Of a DNA stretch of 64,000 bases, positions 21,591 through 32,270 are shown in pieces. Below the pieces are notes generated by a model. The model was not told the origin of the DNA and did no database searches. It saw nothing but the letters and a program-made list of their open reading frames with translations. Each line of letters starts with the position of its first letter. Position 1 is the stretch's first letter. Position numbers and translations under genes: made by a program. Source of the DNA: Macrostomum lignano (lineage: Eukaryota); NCBI GenBank assembly GCA_002269645.1, contig NIVC01001157.1, positions 256,312 to 320,311 on the forward strand, read 5' to 3'.

Positions 21591-22039
21591 TATTAAAAAA
21601 GATGTTACATGCAAAAAAAGTAATTATATAATTTGGCAGAAAAGGAGAATTATTGAATTGGCGTTATGGTAACTGGCAAGCATGCAGAAACTAATATTAC
21701 ACGTAAGTTAGTAAGAGGAAGAGATGGTTCCAGACAATTGAGCATGATTCCTACAATGCCTGAAAATTACTAAATTGAGACCTGAATAGTGTCGCAGAAT
21801 AGTTATTAAACTTATGAAAATAAGGAAATGCTCGAAAATAAAATAATAAGTTCTCAAGCTAAATTTAGCAAATGCGGAGTTGAGGCCTAATTGGCCTGTC
21901 ATACCAATTCTAACGAAATGCAAAATTTTGGTTACTAAGATCCTAGAGTTAAATTGAGAATTACATGTTGAGATAATAGAATGACAAGCAGATGCCGATT
22001 TTGAGTTCCTGAACTAATAAAAACTAAGAGTTATCCGCG

Positions 22040-22795
22040 CGACAGTTCCGATTAATTCTTCCCATTCTTCCTCAGCAGGAGAGCCCGAAGCGGGGGCGTC
22101 AGGCCGAGGCATCCCAGCTCATCGGCGAACCTTCGGCCGACTAGTTCGACCGCACTCGGGTCAAAGTCCCGATCTCTGAGTCTCTTGACAGCCAGACTGG
22201 CAGCCCACTCAAAAAGGCTGACGCGGTACTGCTGATCTTCCGTCCGAAGCTGCTCCGCGGTATCGGGCGGCAAGCTCTCAAAGAGGTGGCCGCGGGTGCC
22301 AGCCAAAAGAAGCACTTCGGCGGTCCCAATCGCCTGCTTCTCCTTTACCCAGGCGGCCAAGTCAGCAGTCGACGTGGCGCGGCTGGTCGGCGACGGCGAC
22401 GGAGGTTGCGCCCCAACCTCGGGAGGTGGCCCTGGTGGCCTAATGTTCTTCTCTCTTGTTTCTCCTGGCTCGGACGCAGAAGGAACGAGAGAGCAGAAGG
22501 GGAGAGGGTCTAGCGAACGCACAAGGGGAGGAGTGTAGCTTACTAGACTTGCGTACACTGAGCGATCGTACGCGGCAGGCCAGACATCAACAGTACAGGC
22601 AAGCGCCAAATTTGGCAGCTTTCACTAACTAACCCTAGGCTAGGATAACTTCCTATTTCCTATGTTAATGAGCCTCAATATGACGAATCGATTGCGCCAT
22701 ATTGTGCAACTTCTCAGCGCCAAGGAAGGCTGCTTAGAGTGCATGGAGGCAGCAGAACAGTTCCTATTCCTATTCCAGTTCCTATTCCTATTCCT
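22040..22795 (-). mobile_element. Unclassified repeat element with a coding remnant (185-aa frame) and a (TTCCTA)n tract at its junction
   Basis: RPPGP...DLAAWVKEKQAI...RGHLFESLPP...LRTEDQQYRVSLFEWAASLA is homologous to 36640-37070; 5' part matches ~62415-62560. Confidence 0.6.
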
Positions 22796-22799
22796 ATAG

Positions 22800-23620
22800 A
22801 CCAGGAACGTAAAAGACCTCAAATTCAACGTCAAAACGCAGACAGAGCAACGCAACAGACTGCAGCAACCACATCAGACGCGCCTTGGAGACACCTCGCC
22901 TTAGAATCCAACACGCCGTCTCATTGTCGCAGTACACAGCAAGCCGACGTCCAGCCTAGGATCGGCACCATCTCAAAACAGCCAGCAAGATAACCACAGC
23001 CTCCTTGTAATTGATGCAGTAATCCTGAAAAACACCATTTGCGTCGATCTGCCAGTCAATGAAGCACCAATCACGAATTCCATCACCGTCACGGAGCACC
23101 GCCGCGGCGCCTGTAGACGATGAGTCAGTCTCTATGGCAACACAAGCCCTCGGCGAAGTCCACAGGCCAACACCGATGCGATGCTGCAAAGCCAAACGCC
23201 ACCAGGAGATGTGGTGCACCACGGAGGGGCTAACAAGAACTCTGTCATGAGGCCGATGCAGCTTGTTGACAATGTCGATAAGAGGTCGGAGGAAAACTCT
23301 CCCGTGCCGAACAACTTGCGACGCCCAGTTTAACTTGCCGATCAACTTCTGCAAACACGACTTTAACAGCCTTTTCTTCGAAGAGCAGAGGAATAAAACA
23401 CGCAACAAGTCTTGGACTTTGTCGGCAGGAAGAGACATCTGGCCTGCCACGCTATCAAATAAAGTGCCCAGGAAGGTCATCCGCGTTGTCGGCGCAACAC
23501 ACTTGCTACGATTAACGGTGAAGCCTAGCCGCTCGAGCAGATCGATGAGATGGTTTTAGAACTTCCAGCAGGACTCCAGATCTCCACAAAAGGCGAAATC
23601 ATCCATGTAGGCTTCCATAG
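22800..23620 (-). mobile_element. DIRS-class retroelement fragment (RT C-half plus RNase H)
   Basis: KAYMDDFAF...RLGFTVNRSK...TFLG...SLPADKV...LIGKLNWAS...IETDSS...INYKEA...VYCDN...FYVPG. Confidence 0.85.
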
Positions 23621-24824
23621 CGTAGCGTGCCTTCTGGGGCGGCCCGTCCCAAGAGCGGAGGCGACCTGAAAGCGGAGGGCGGCGCGAGAGGACACCGAGA
23701 GCGCGTGCATGGCAAAATTGTCAGGCAAAAGGCAGATGTGGTCATAAAAATGAAAGCAAAAGTTAAGCAATTCAGCATCAGAACCGAGCATACGAGACGC
23801 AGCGTCACTAAAAATTTGCATACGACCCGGCAGGTGATAAGCTTTTATACAAATACCATCACGAATGCGCAGCAAAGCCACAGTTTGATAGATCCGAAGG
23901 AGATCGGGATGACTGCAGGACAGGCGCTTTATCATGCCGACAGCGGCGGTACTATCAGAGCAGTGGCGTACTCAGGATTTAGTTTGGGGGGGGGGGGCCG
24001 CAATCCTTAGGGGCGCCAATGTTGGCTGTCTTGTGGGGGCGCCATTTACCAATGTTGCGTGCTTAAAATTTAAATCATGAATATTGAACAATTTGAGCAC
24101 TTTTGTATTTCGACTTGTACTTATTTATTAGAAAATAACTATTATGCTTAATTTGTTTATTGGACTTTATGTATGATCACGTAGGAACAACCGCGAAATT
24201 GGCATTCAAGGCATCAATCAGAATCGATTCAAATGCGCGCAAAAGTTAAGTACAATAACTAAACTCACATGCAAATATAGACAATATTTTGTACTGACAG
24301 ATTAAAAAAACTCATAGCATGGGAAAGTCGTTTTACGATGTGAGAAATTTTCATTAAATTTGAGCATGAAAAGTTTCAGAGTAATGAGAAAGGTATGAAA
24401 CATTCGCCGAATTTTGCACAGACACTTCTATAGAAACTTTTTAAAGAAACATAAATAAATGTCCAAATATAATAGGCAACTCCTGAAAACACTGCACATA
24501 TACTTTTATCGTCCATGCTTGCAGATTTTTTAAAGCAGTTTTCATTGAATAGAATGATCTAGAAGCCTCGCAAAATGACAAAGAACTTGTTTTACTACAC
24601 CCAGTCACCCATTATTTCTTGGAAATCAACTAAGTATATAACAAGTATCTGTGGAAGTAATAAATAAGCCTATTTGAACAGCTTGCTAAAATGTCAATAC
24701 ACAGAATACGCAAAGCAGGAAAATGTCAATACATAAGATCCGGTAAATGGCACCTACTACAATAGTATATGACGGCTCGTACTCGTACGAGCTAGGATCG
24801 CAAATTAAAACAATACCTAACACT

Positions 24825-27263
24825 TCAAAGTAAAAGTTCTATCCGTCTGGGCTGCGACGCGAACCTTTGAAGAACTTCTTCAGGAGTTGGGCAAGCGCTA
24901 CGGTGGCATTGGAGCAGCAGAATCGATTGCAGGCGATCCTCTCCCATTGTGCTGCGCTCAACAGTTAAAGTCCTTTTTAGCTTGGAAAAAACTCTCTCTG
25001 GCTCACACGTTGAGACTGGAAGAGTAGCCAGGATCATGAGTAGTCGCTGAATGTTTGGAAATTTATGCACGCTACAAGTCTTTAATGCTTCAAGTGCTGA
25101 CCCAGGACGGTCTCGCGTCGACACTGCTGCCCACTGTCGACGCCATAGCAGGTACTCTTGCTTCACCACTGAAGGTGGGTCTGTAAGTTGGCAGTTGTAC
25201 TTCAGCACAGCTTCCTGCACTTTACTCCATTGCTCCTCCATGTCAACAAGCTTTTCGTGAAAAAACTTTGGTATCAGAAGCGTCAAGTTGAAGGCACGCT
25301 TTTGTGGAGCATCAAATCGCAGTTTGATATCTGATATGATTGCTGCTACTGCCGGATAGAAAACCGTTTCTCTGTAATGCTGCTCAGCTGTTACCGACAC
25401 CGGTTGCCGGGATCTTGTAGTTGCAAATGCAAAATGTTCTCGTGCAGAGCGAATTCTTGGCGGCCTTACTTCGATATCAAATTCTGCAGCGAGCTGTTCA
25501 ACTTTAGAGAATACTTCTCTAAATCGCACCTCACTTTGAAGCTCTTCCAGTTCAGCCAGGACATGATGAACATCTGCTAAAGCTTCTACCAGTTCGCTGC
25601 TAGATGATTGCAGTCTTCGGGAAACAGGCAGCAGAAGACTGGCCAAGGTTTCAAGGACAATCATCCCAACAATAAAGTCCAAATTCAAAATAGCTGAATG
25701 GTGGCAAGCTGCAGAGCGAGCAGCATCGGTTCCTGGCCAGGAGCTGATTTCTTCTAAGGCTTGTTCAATGAAAGGAAATAGCAATCGAAAGGTGACGACA
25801 GCGGTGTGGCGCTCCAAAAATCGAGTTTCACACAAACTAATGAGATGCCGCTTTGCCGTTTCAACTTCGTGATCATTTGATTGTATTAGACGTTTGAGCA
25901 AAGTAGTCCTTTTGCTGCTTGACTTGAAGCCTGCTACAACCTCTTGAATGACTCCCATGGAATTTCTGATGATATGGACCTTAATGGCATTTGCTGCGCT
26001 TAAATTCAACCAGTGAGCCATACAATGAAAGTAGTCCGCTTGAGGGGCGTCTTTGCGGATAAAAGCAGCAACTCCAATTCTCTCACTCGCCATGGCAGCG
26101 GCACCATCGTAGCATTGTGCTACGCACTGATTCAAATCAAGTCCAAGAGTGCGTAGGCGCCTGACAATTGCGGATGAAATATTCGCACCACTGAGTCGCA
26201 AATTCTCCCATCCATCACAATTTTCAGCTATATCAGCAACAACATCTAGCATTGCAACTGGCTCTTCGAATTGCTGAAAAGCACCATCTTCAGTTTGTTC
26301 TACAAATCGAACAACGATGACCAGCTGCTCCCTCTTCTGTACATCCATCGTTTCATCGACAATCAGTGCCCAGAACATAGCATTCCTAACTCGAGCGACA
26401 ATTCTTTCTTGAATAAGTTGCAACGCGACATCCAAAGTTTCATTCTGAATTCGAGGAGAAAAATATGTCGCGTTTAACGATGCTTGTCTAGCATGTGCTC
26501 CCAAGACACTGTCCCCAGCTCGAATACGAAATCGTAAAAGCGCTCGGAAATTTCCATCATTGACTTTTGGCTCTTCTGCCTCTTGAGAATTGTCTGATTT
26601 TGGGAATAAAGGCTGATTTTCTCCGCGGTGCCCACGCAAACTGAGATTTTGTCTTGCGCATGTCAGCACTGTGTCAATCACTGATATAAGAATTTCCCTG
26701 TTTTTACTGATTTGCTGTTGACGCGTCTTCTCAATTTGGGAGCGAATGTCGTTGGTTTCTTCTCCAAATAATGTGCGCTTCTCAAACTCCTTCATTTTTT
26801 CTACATTTGCTAGATGAAAAGCGGTCTTCTCGTGACAACTAAGGTGTCCACTCTTGCCAGTGAGTTCGTCAAAACGCTGTAGTGGCTTCATAACTAATAC
26901 GCCAGGCATTTGTCCACCCCCATGAGAGCGCCCTCCAACTCCAGCTGCTGATGAAAATAATACACATGGGGTGCAAAATACGCCTTCAAGTCCAGAGACT
27001 CGGCTCACAGACAGCCAGGGAAACTCTTCAAGATGACTGGGCATAATTTTTCGTTTTCTCTGACGTCCTTGACATCGATGCATTGAAAATGGAAAATGCT
27101 CTTGCTTTTTCGGCACCCACGGTTTAAAAAACTTTCGTCGAATTTCGATATTAATTGAACTTAGTTTAACAGCAAGACCGAAGTCATTTTCTGAAAGTGC
27201 TGAAAGTGAATGGCTGAAAGTGCTGTGACTGAATTCTGTCTTCAATGATAAGAGCTGAGCCAC
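24825..27263 (-). CDS. hAT transposase (TTF-type zinc finger, catalytic core, hATC dimerisation domain); true N-terminus lies in 27279-28079
   Basis: VFCTPCVLF, LSLRGHRGE, LIVDETMDV, QCYDGAAAM, HCMAHWLNL, CETRFLER, LPVSTCEPERVFSKLKR. Confidence 0.92.
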   Translation of the reverse strand: MAQLLSLKTEFSHSTFSHSLSALSENDFGLAVKLSSINIEIRRKFFKPWVPKKQEHFPFSMHRCQGRQRKRKIMPSHLEEFPWLSVSRVSGLEGVFCTPCVLFSSAAGVGGRSHGGGQMPGVLVMKPLQRFDELTGKSGHLSCHEKTAFHLANVEKMKEFEKRTLFGEETNDIRSQIEKTRQQQISKNREILISVIDTVLTCARQNLSLRGHRGENQPLFPKSDNSQEAEEPKVNDGNFRALLRFRIRAGDSVLGAHARQASLNATYFSPRIQNETLDVALQLIQERIVARVRNAMFWALIVDETMDVQKREQLVIVVRFVEQTEDGAFQQFEEPVAMLDVVADIAENCDGWENLRLSGANISSAIVRRLRTLGLDLNQCVAQCYDGAAAMASERIGVAAFIRKDAPQADYFHCMAHWLNLSAANAIKVHIIRNSMGVIQEVVAGFKSSSKRTTLLKRLIQSNDHEVETAKRHLISLCETRFLERHTAVVTFRLLFPFIEQALEEISSWPGTDAARSAACHHSAILNLDFIVGMIVLETLASLLLPVSRRLQSSSSELVEALADVHHVLAELEELQSEVRFREVFSKVEQLAAEFDIEVRPPRIRSAREHFAFATTRSRQPVSVTAEQHYRETVFYPAVAAIISDIKLRFDAPQKRAFNLTLLIPKFFHEKLVDMEEQWSKVQEAVLKYNCQLTDPPSVVKQEYLLWRRQWAAVSTRDRPGSALEALKTCSVHKFPNIQRLLMILATLPVSTCEPERVFSKLKRTLTVERSTMGEDRLQSILLLQCHRSACPTPEEVLQRFASQPRRIELLL

Positions 27264-27278
27264 AAAGTGAAGCTGTGC

Positions 27279-28079
27279 TTACATTAGAGAAGAGAGCGCT
27301 TGGAGCTGAAGCGGCTGGATTGTCTGGGGCGCCGCCGACGTCAAGGGCGGCAGCTGAAGCGGCTGGATTGTCTGGGGCGCCGCCGACGTCAAGGGCGGCA
27401 GCTGAAGCGGCTGGATTGTCTGGGGCGCCGCCGACGTCAAGGGCGGCAGCTGAAGCGGCTGGATTGTCTGGGGCGCCGCCGACGTCAAGGGCGGCAGCTG
27501 AAGCGGCTGGATTGTCTGGGGCGCCGCCGACGTCAAGGGCGGCAGCTGAAGCGGCTGGATTGTCTGGGGCGCCGCCGACGTCAGGGGCGGCAGCTGAAGC
27601 GGCTGGATTGTCTGGGGCGCCGCCGACGTCAAGGGCGGCAGCTGAAGCGGCTGGATTGTCTGGGGCGCCGCCGACGTCAAGGGCGGCAGCTGAAGCGGCT
27701 GGATTGTCTGGGGCGCCGCCGACGTCAAGGGCAGCAGCTGAAGCGGCTGGATTATCTGGGGCGCCGCCGACGTCAAGGGCGGCAGCTGAAGCGGCTGGAT
27801 TGTCTGGGGCGCCGCCGATGTCAAAGGCGGCAGCTGAAGCGGTTGGATTGGGGCGCCGCCGATGTCAAGGGCGGCAGCTGAAGCGGTTGGATTGTCTTGC
27901 TCGCAGAGGGCGGTGCTTGAAGCAGCTGTGATGGCTTGTGTAGCCTTGTCGCCTTTATCATCTGAACGACTTGAAAAATACTGTCGGATCTGGGCGCTCT
28001 CTTTTGCGCTGTCTTTGAGCAATCGAGCACGTTTATTTCTTCTACCTTCAGCTCCAGATAATTTTCTTTTTGTCGACAT
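27279..28079 (-). pseudogene. N-terminal segment of the hAT transposase gene containing the 48-bp VNTR
   Basis: MSTKRKLSGAEGRRNKRAR NLS-like start; a 4-nt deletion near 27850 shifts the repeat frame. Confidence 0.6.
27305..27895. repeat. 48-bp minisatellite, ~12 copies
   Basis: Unit GCGGCTGGATTGTCTGGGGCGCCGCCGACGTCAAGGGCGGCAGCTGAA, near-identical copies, no spacers. Confidence 0.95.
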
Positions 28080-28909
28080 GAATCCGTCCAGAGTCCCGAC
28101 TACGCTCTCAAATGCATTCTCGATTCGATAGGTTGAATTGGATTAATGCGTTTTTTAAAGCTTATTTGCTTGGTTTTGCTTTGCATAAGGAATATTCCGT
28201 GAATGAGTCAAACACAGACGCTTTTATTTACAAGTAAGCGTACGTTCATCATAGTACTTTCTTTCTACGTACTTTCAAGCGTAGCTCTTAGGGCTTAGGG
28301 CGTTGGGGGGGGGGGCAGGCAGTCCTTGTTTTGCCTCCTCTCTCTCAACTCAACCCCGCGCGATCGATAATGGACGGGAGACGGTTTGCTTCATGTGGTG
28401 AGGGTATGCACACGATTTTAATGTACAGCGGAGAGCTTTTTAGCTAACATGTTTATCAGTAGAGAATGGGTCGATTAAATTCAGTGGAGAGTTGTCTATT
28501 TGCCAAACTTATTCAATTGATGTTAGAAAAATGTGTACATTCTGACTGACGCCAAGTACAAGCATGCATATAGAAAGCGAGAATTGAACAGCTAGTTATT
28601 TGCGAAGTTCTTAAAAATTGAGTTATTTCTGCTTAATGGAATGAAGAATTTTCAGTAAATGATTAGAATCTACATTTAGTATAGGTAGCTTTTCAAACTG
28701 ATTAGTCATACCTTCATGATATTTGTTTCATTTATACGCACTTATTACAAAAACAAAATTAACTATCTGTTGGTGGGGCGTGGGCGCCTGTCGTTTGGTG
28801 GGTGGGCACCCTGTATCTTACAGTGCGCCCTTGTCTCTTAAATGGGCGTCCGTGTCCCTTAGGTGGGCGCCCCTATCATTCATCGAGCTTATACCCCATC
28901 GTTTCGTTG

Positions 28910-29340
28910 TTGGAGGGGCGCAATTTTTGTGGGGGCACAATTTTTTTAAGGGGCAATTTTTGTGGGGGCGCAATTTTTGTGTGGCCGCAATTTTTGTGCG
29001 GGGATCGATGGGCGGCGGGAGCTTACGGCACCGGGGGCACGTTTACCGCACGGGCGGTAATTTTTAGTCCCTTTTCTGATATTTTAGGCCCTAATTATTA
29101 GCAGCTTATATAAAGGTACCTGTGCTGTGCCCCCTTGCCCTGTGCCCAGTGCCCCCCTAAAATATTAGGCTCTGCCACTCCCTGGGGAGGGGGCAATTTT
29201 AGTGGAACTGTGGGGGCGTAATTTTTGTCAGGGGGGCAATTTTTGTGAGGGCGCAATTTTAGTGGGGAGGGGGGCAATTTTTGTGGGGGGCATTTTTGTG
29301 GGGTGCGCAATTTTTGTGGGGGCGTAATTTTTTGGGCGGG
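28910..29340. repeat. hAT subterminal repeats
   Basis: Around ten copies of GGGG(C)GCAATTTT(T)GTG close to the right TIR. Confidence 0.75.
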
Positions 29341-30732
29341 CGATTGGGGGGGGGCCGCGGCCCCCCCCCGGCCCCCCCCTGCGTACGCCACTGTATCAGA
29401 GTACACCACAACCTTGGTGTTGACCAAGGTATCACCAAGGTATCAAGGTATCACCTTGGTGTTGACCAAGAAGCATTTTCAACTCGGATGTAACCAAAAT
29501 TGGAGCCTTGCAGTCAAAGTCCACGGAGGCAATCAGCGGCCGAAGGAAAAGCCGCAGCTGGCCATTGATTTGACACAGCCACGCTTTCTCACCAGCTTCT
29601 GCATAGTCTTGAGGCGAATGGTCTGCATGCGGCCGCAGTCCCTCAGCAGGCTATCGATCTCACTGGCTTTGTCAGCAGGAAGACTCATAGTGCCCTTTCG
29701 CGTATCGATGCTTATTCCCAGAAAAACCAACTGTTGCACAGGTTGAGCCGACTTATCCCAGTTAATAGTGAATCCCAGCGACTGCAGCGGATTAGTCAGA
29801 AAATCATAGGCCCGCCAGGCCCCGCTCTCCGCGTCAGCTGCGATCGCCCAATCGTCCAGGTAGTTGACGGTGGCATGAAAACCGTACCGCACCATGTGGC
29901 ACCTCACCGCTGATGAAAGCCGGTGAAAAATCTCACAGGAGGCGCGCGAACCGAAAGGCAGCCTGGTGTCGAACATCGTAGTTTCGAGTCCTGGCTTAGA
30001 AAGCGCCACTTTAAACCAGTAAGACAATGGTCATCAGGACTGATGGCGACGGACCTGTAGGCATCTTTAAAATCCACTTTGGCCATAAAGGAACCGGGCT
30101 TTAAATGCTTTTTGAATTCTCGAACAGAGCCAAAACGGATGCCTTTCTCCTGCTGATAGTAGTCCTTAACAGAGTCGCGGAGCGGAGCAGATGGATCGTG
30201 AATGAGGCGAACTTTCCCGTTGGCTTTAGGCAAGGCACCAATGGGTTCACTTTCACAGGCTCCTGAGTAACGGTGTAGCGGCCGAGCCGAAGCTCATCCA
30301 GAAGCTGAGCTTCCACCTTGGCGGCATTCTGGCTAGTGGATGCGTAATTATCTCTCAGAGTAGTAATATTAGGTTGCTTATTATTAACCAGACGAAAGCC
30401 GTGAACAATACCATTCATCAAATACTGCTTGTCGGGGTCGTTATGCAACAGTTTCTCCCAAGTAGAAGCCTTAAAGTCGCCAGCAGAGGAGTTAAAATTT
30501 GGTTGACGCGGAGGATTAAAAGCACTATAAAATTCACTCAGTTTTTTGTCTCAAAAATGGGTAACAATCAGTTAAAAAAACAAACGGATAAAGTTCAAAA
30601 AGCAAAAAAAATAAAAACTTCATTAACAAAATTAAGACAACTTCAAGCCGAAAAAACGAAAAAGGAACTATTAAAACCACCAACGAATAAACAAACAAAA
30701 TCAAAAAAGTTTTTCAATAACTTAAAATAACT

Positions 30733-31149
30733 TTGAGTTGGGATGCTTTTAAACAAAGATATGGAGTTGACACAACTAATAATATTGAGTTAACAAAGTG
30801 GGCGCGGCAATTAAAAATAAAACCATTCAGATGTGTTATGCGCGATGAAATAAAAGATTTACCAAAATATGGGTCTTTCATTGTCAATATTGAAACGACT
30901 AAAGAAAACGGTGTACACTGGTCAGCAGTTTATTCAAAACCAAAAGTTGTTTACTTTTTTTATTCTTATGCATTACCTCCATTGCAGGAATTGGAAGACA
31001 AATTTAATCATACAAAAAATCGTTTATGTGGAGATCATAATGAACAATTTCAAACCTTTGATAAAAGTTATTGTGAACAGGCGGCGTTGTATTTTTTACA
31101 TCGAAATAATAATTCTAACCAATCGCCCGAAGATTTAAAAATATTTTAG
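30733..31149 (+). pseudogene. Adenain-like cysteine protease (Polinton PRO), degenerate
   Basis: TTNNIEL...IVNIETTKENGVHW...YFFYSYALPP...QFQ...SYCE: His, Gln and Cys positions retained, canonical YFDS Asp and CG Gly altered; no ATG start. Confidence 0.72.
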
Positions 31150-31169
31150 ACTCTATAAAATAGACTAAA

Positions 31170-31720
31170 AATGTTATTTTCTGGAACACCCTCATGAAAC
31201 GGAACAGCACGAACCGGTGGTGGAGAATCAACCGGCGTTTATGTTTCATTTGCAGATGGCAGATATATAAATGAAGATGTAGGTTATAAAAAAGTGAAAT
31301 AGATACTAAATTAAATTTAAAACGGAATGTTGGAGATTCGTATACCAAAACTGAAATAGATAATTCATTAAACTTAAAATGTAATACAGCAGATTCCTAT
31401 ACCAAAACAGAAATTGATGATTCCTTAAATTTAAAACGGAATGTTTTTGATTCATATACCAAAACAGAAATTGATGATTTATTAAATTTAAAACGCAATA
31501 TATTAGATTCTCATAGTCAAGCTGAAGTTGATTCTGCAGTTAATGCAAAAAGAGAAATAAGCGATTCCTATTCTCGAACCGATTCTGATTCGCGTTATGT
31601 TCAAACCACAGCAACTGGAACCTTGGATATGAGTAACAATAGAATTATAAATGTTGCAATTACAACGAATAACTCAGTAGTTGATAAAAACTTCAATGCA
31701 AAAAAGTCAATGCACGAGCT
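31170..31720 (+). pseudogene. Fibre-like repeat protein remnant
   Basis: ~5 copies of a 19-aa (57-bp) repeat RNxxDSYTKTEIDxxLNLK followed by TLDMSNNRIINV. Confidence 0.55.
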
Positions 31721-31734
31721 AATGTAACTGATGA

Positions 31735-32270
31735 TTATATTTTTGACACGCCACTTATATCATATACATCAAATCCTGATTTTATTCTTACAGCTTCTGA
31801 AAATAACAATGACGCAATTAAGTGCCCCTGCTCAAACTGCATCAGGGCCTTCGCAGTTGACAGATTCTCGATAGAATAGGTCAGCTTCTTAAACCTCGTA
31901 TCCAAGTCTACCTTTGTCGTTCCATTCAAATTCATGGCGATCAAGTTGAGACCTTCGGAAATTGCACCCAGAGACAACTTTACACCGCGACTCTCATTCT
32001 CTTCCAGCTTCGCGTATATCCTTGCAATAACTCTCTCTCTCGCTCGCTCTCTTCCTTTTTCTTGGGAAGCGCCCTCTTCTTATCCGGAATCAATTCAAGC
32101 TCTTCCAAGCTCGCCTGGAACCTTACCAACTCTTCTTTCCAGCTGCTCAGTCTGCTTCTCATTGCCGACCTTTCTTTAGATGACAGCGAGACCGCCAGTT
32201 CGGCAATCGTTGCAATTCTTGTCTCTTTTGAAGAAGAAAGTTCCGGTTTGACTATGGTGGAGTAATCATG
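31735..32270 (-). pseudogene. Frameshifted hypothetical coiled-coil protein
   Basis: Two abutting open frames (STIVKPELSS...; IARIYAKLEENESRGVKLSLGAI...VSKI). Confidence 0.3.

Larger units (their letters stand above)
23961..29393 (-). mobile_element. hAT DNA transposon, 5,433 bp
   Basis: TIR CAGTGGCGTAC / GTACGCCACTG; perfect 8-bp TSD TATCAGAG at 23953-23960 and 29394-29401. Confidence 0.95.
23620..30530 (-). mobile_element. Second DIRS-class retroelement (RT 29533-30450; RNase H split by the hAT insertion)
   Basis: GALPKANGKVRLIHD...MAKVDFKDAYRSV...RLPFGSRAS...VNYLDDWAI...LGFTINWDKS...FLGISID; VVVYSD|STAAVGMIKR rejoined across the hAT; YHLPGRMQIFSDAASR. Confidence 0.85.

Noticed and set aside
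22040-22795. Tyrosine recombinase of a DIRS element
   Set aside because: No R...HxxR...Y catalytic pattern is recognisable in any frame.
27305-27895. Regular arrays (48 bp here; 18 bp at 48400-48590 and 59350-59540; ~118 bp at 41320-41625) as CRISPR arrays
   Set aside because: Units abut with no unique spacers, there are no cas genes, and the context is eukaryotic.
27245-27931. Plus-strand 228-aa and 193-aa ORFs
   Set aside because: Antisense read-through of the 48-bp minisatellite.
28285-28320. Telomeric TTAGGG tract
   Set aside because: Only two interrupted copies inside the hAT element.
31735-32270. A fourth member of the unnamed Polinton-associated family
   Set aside because: Only a weak IxxIxxKL...GVK resemblance; the diagnostic PxLxxC motif is absent.
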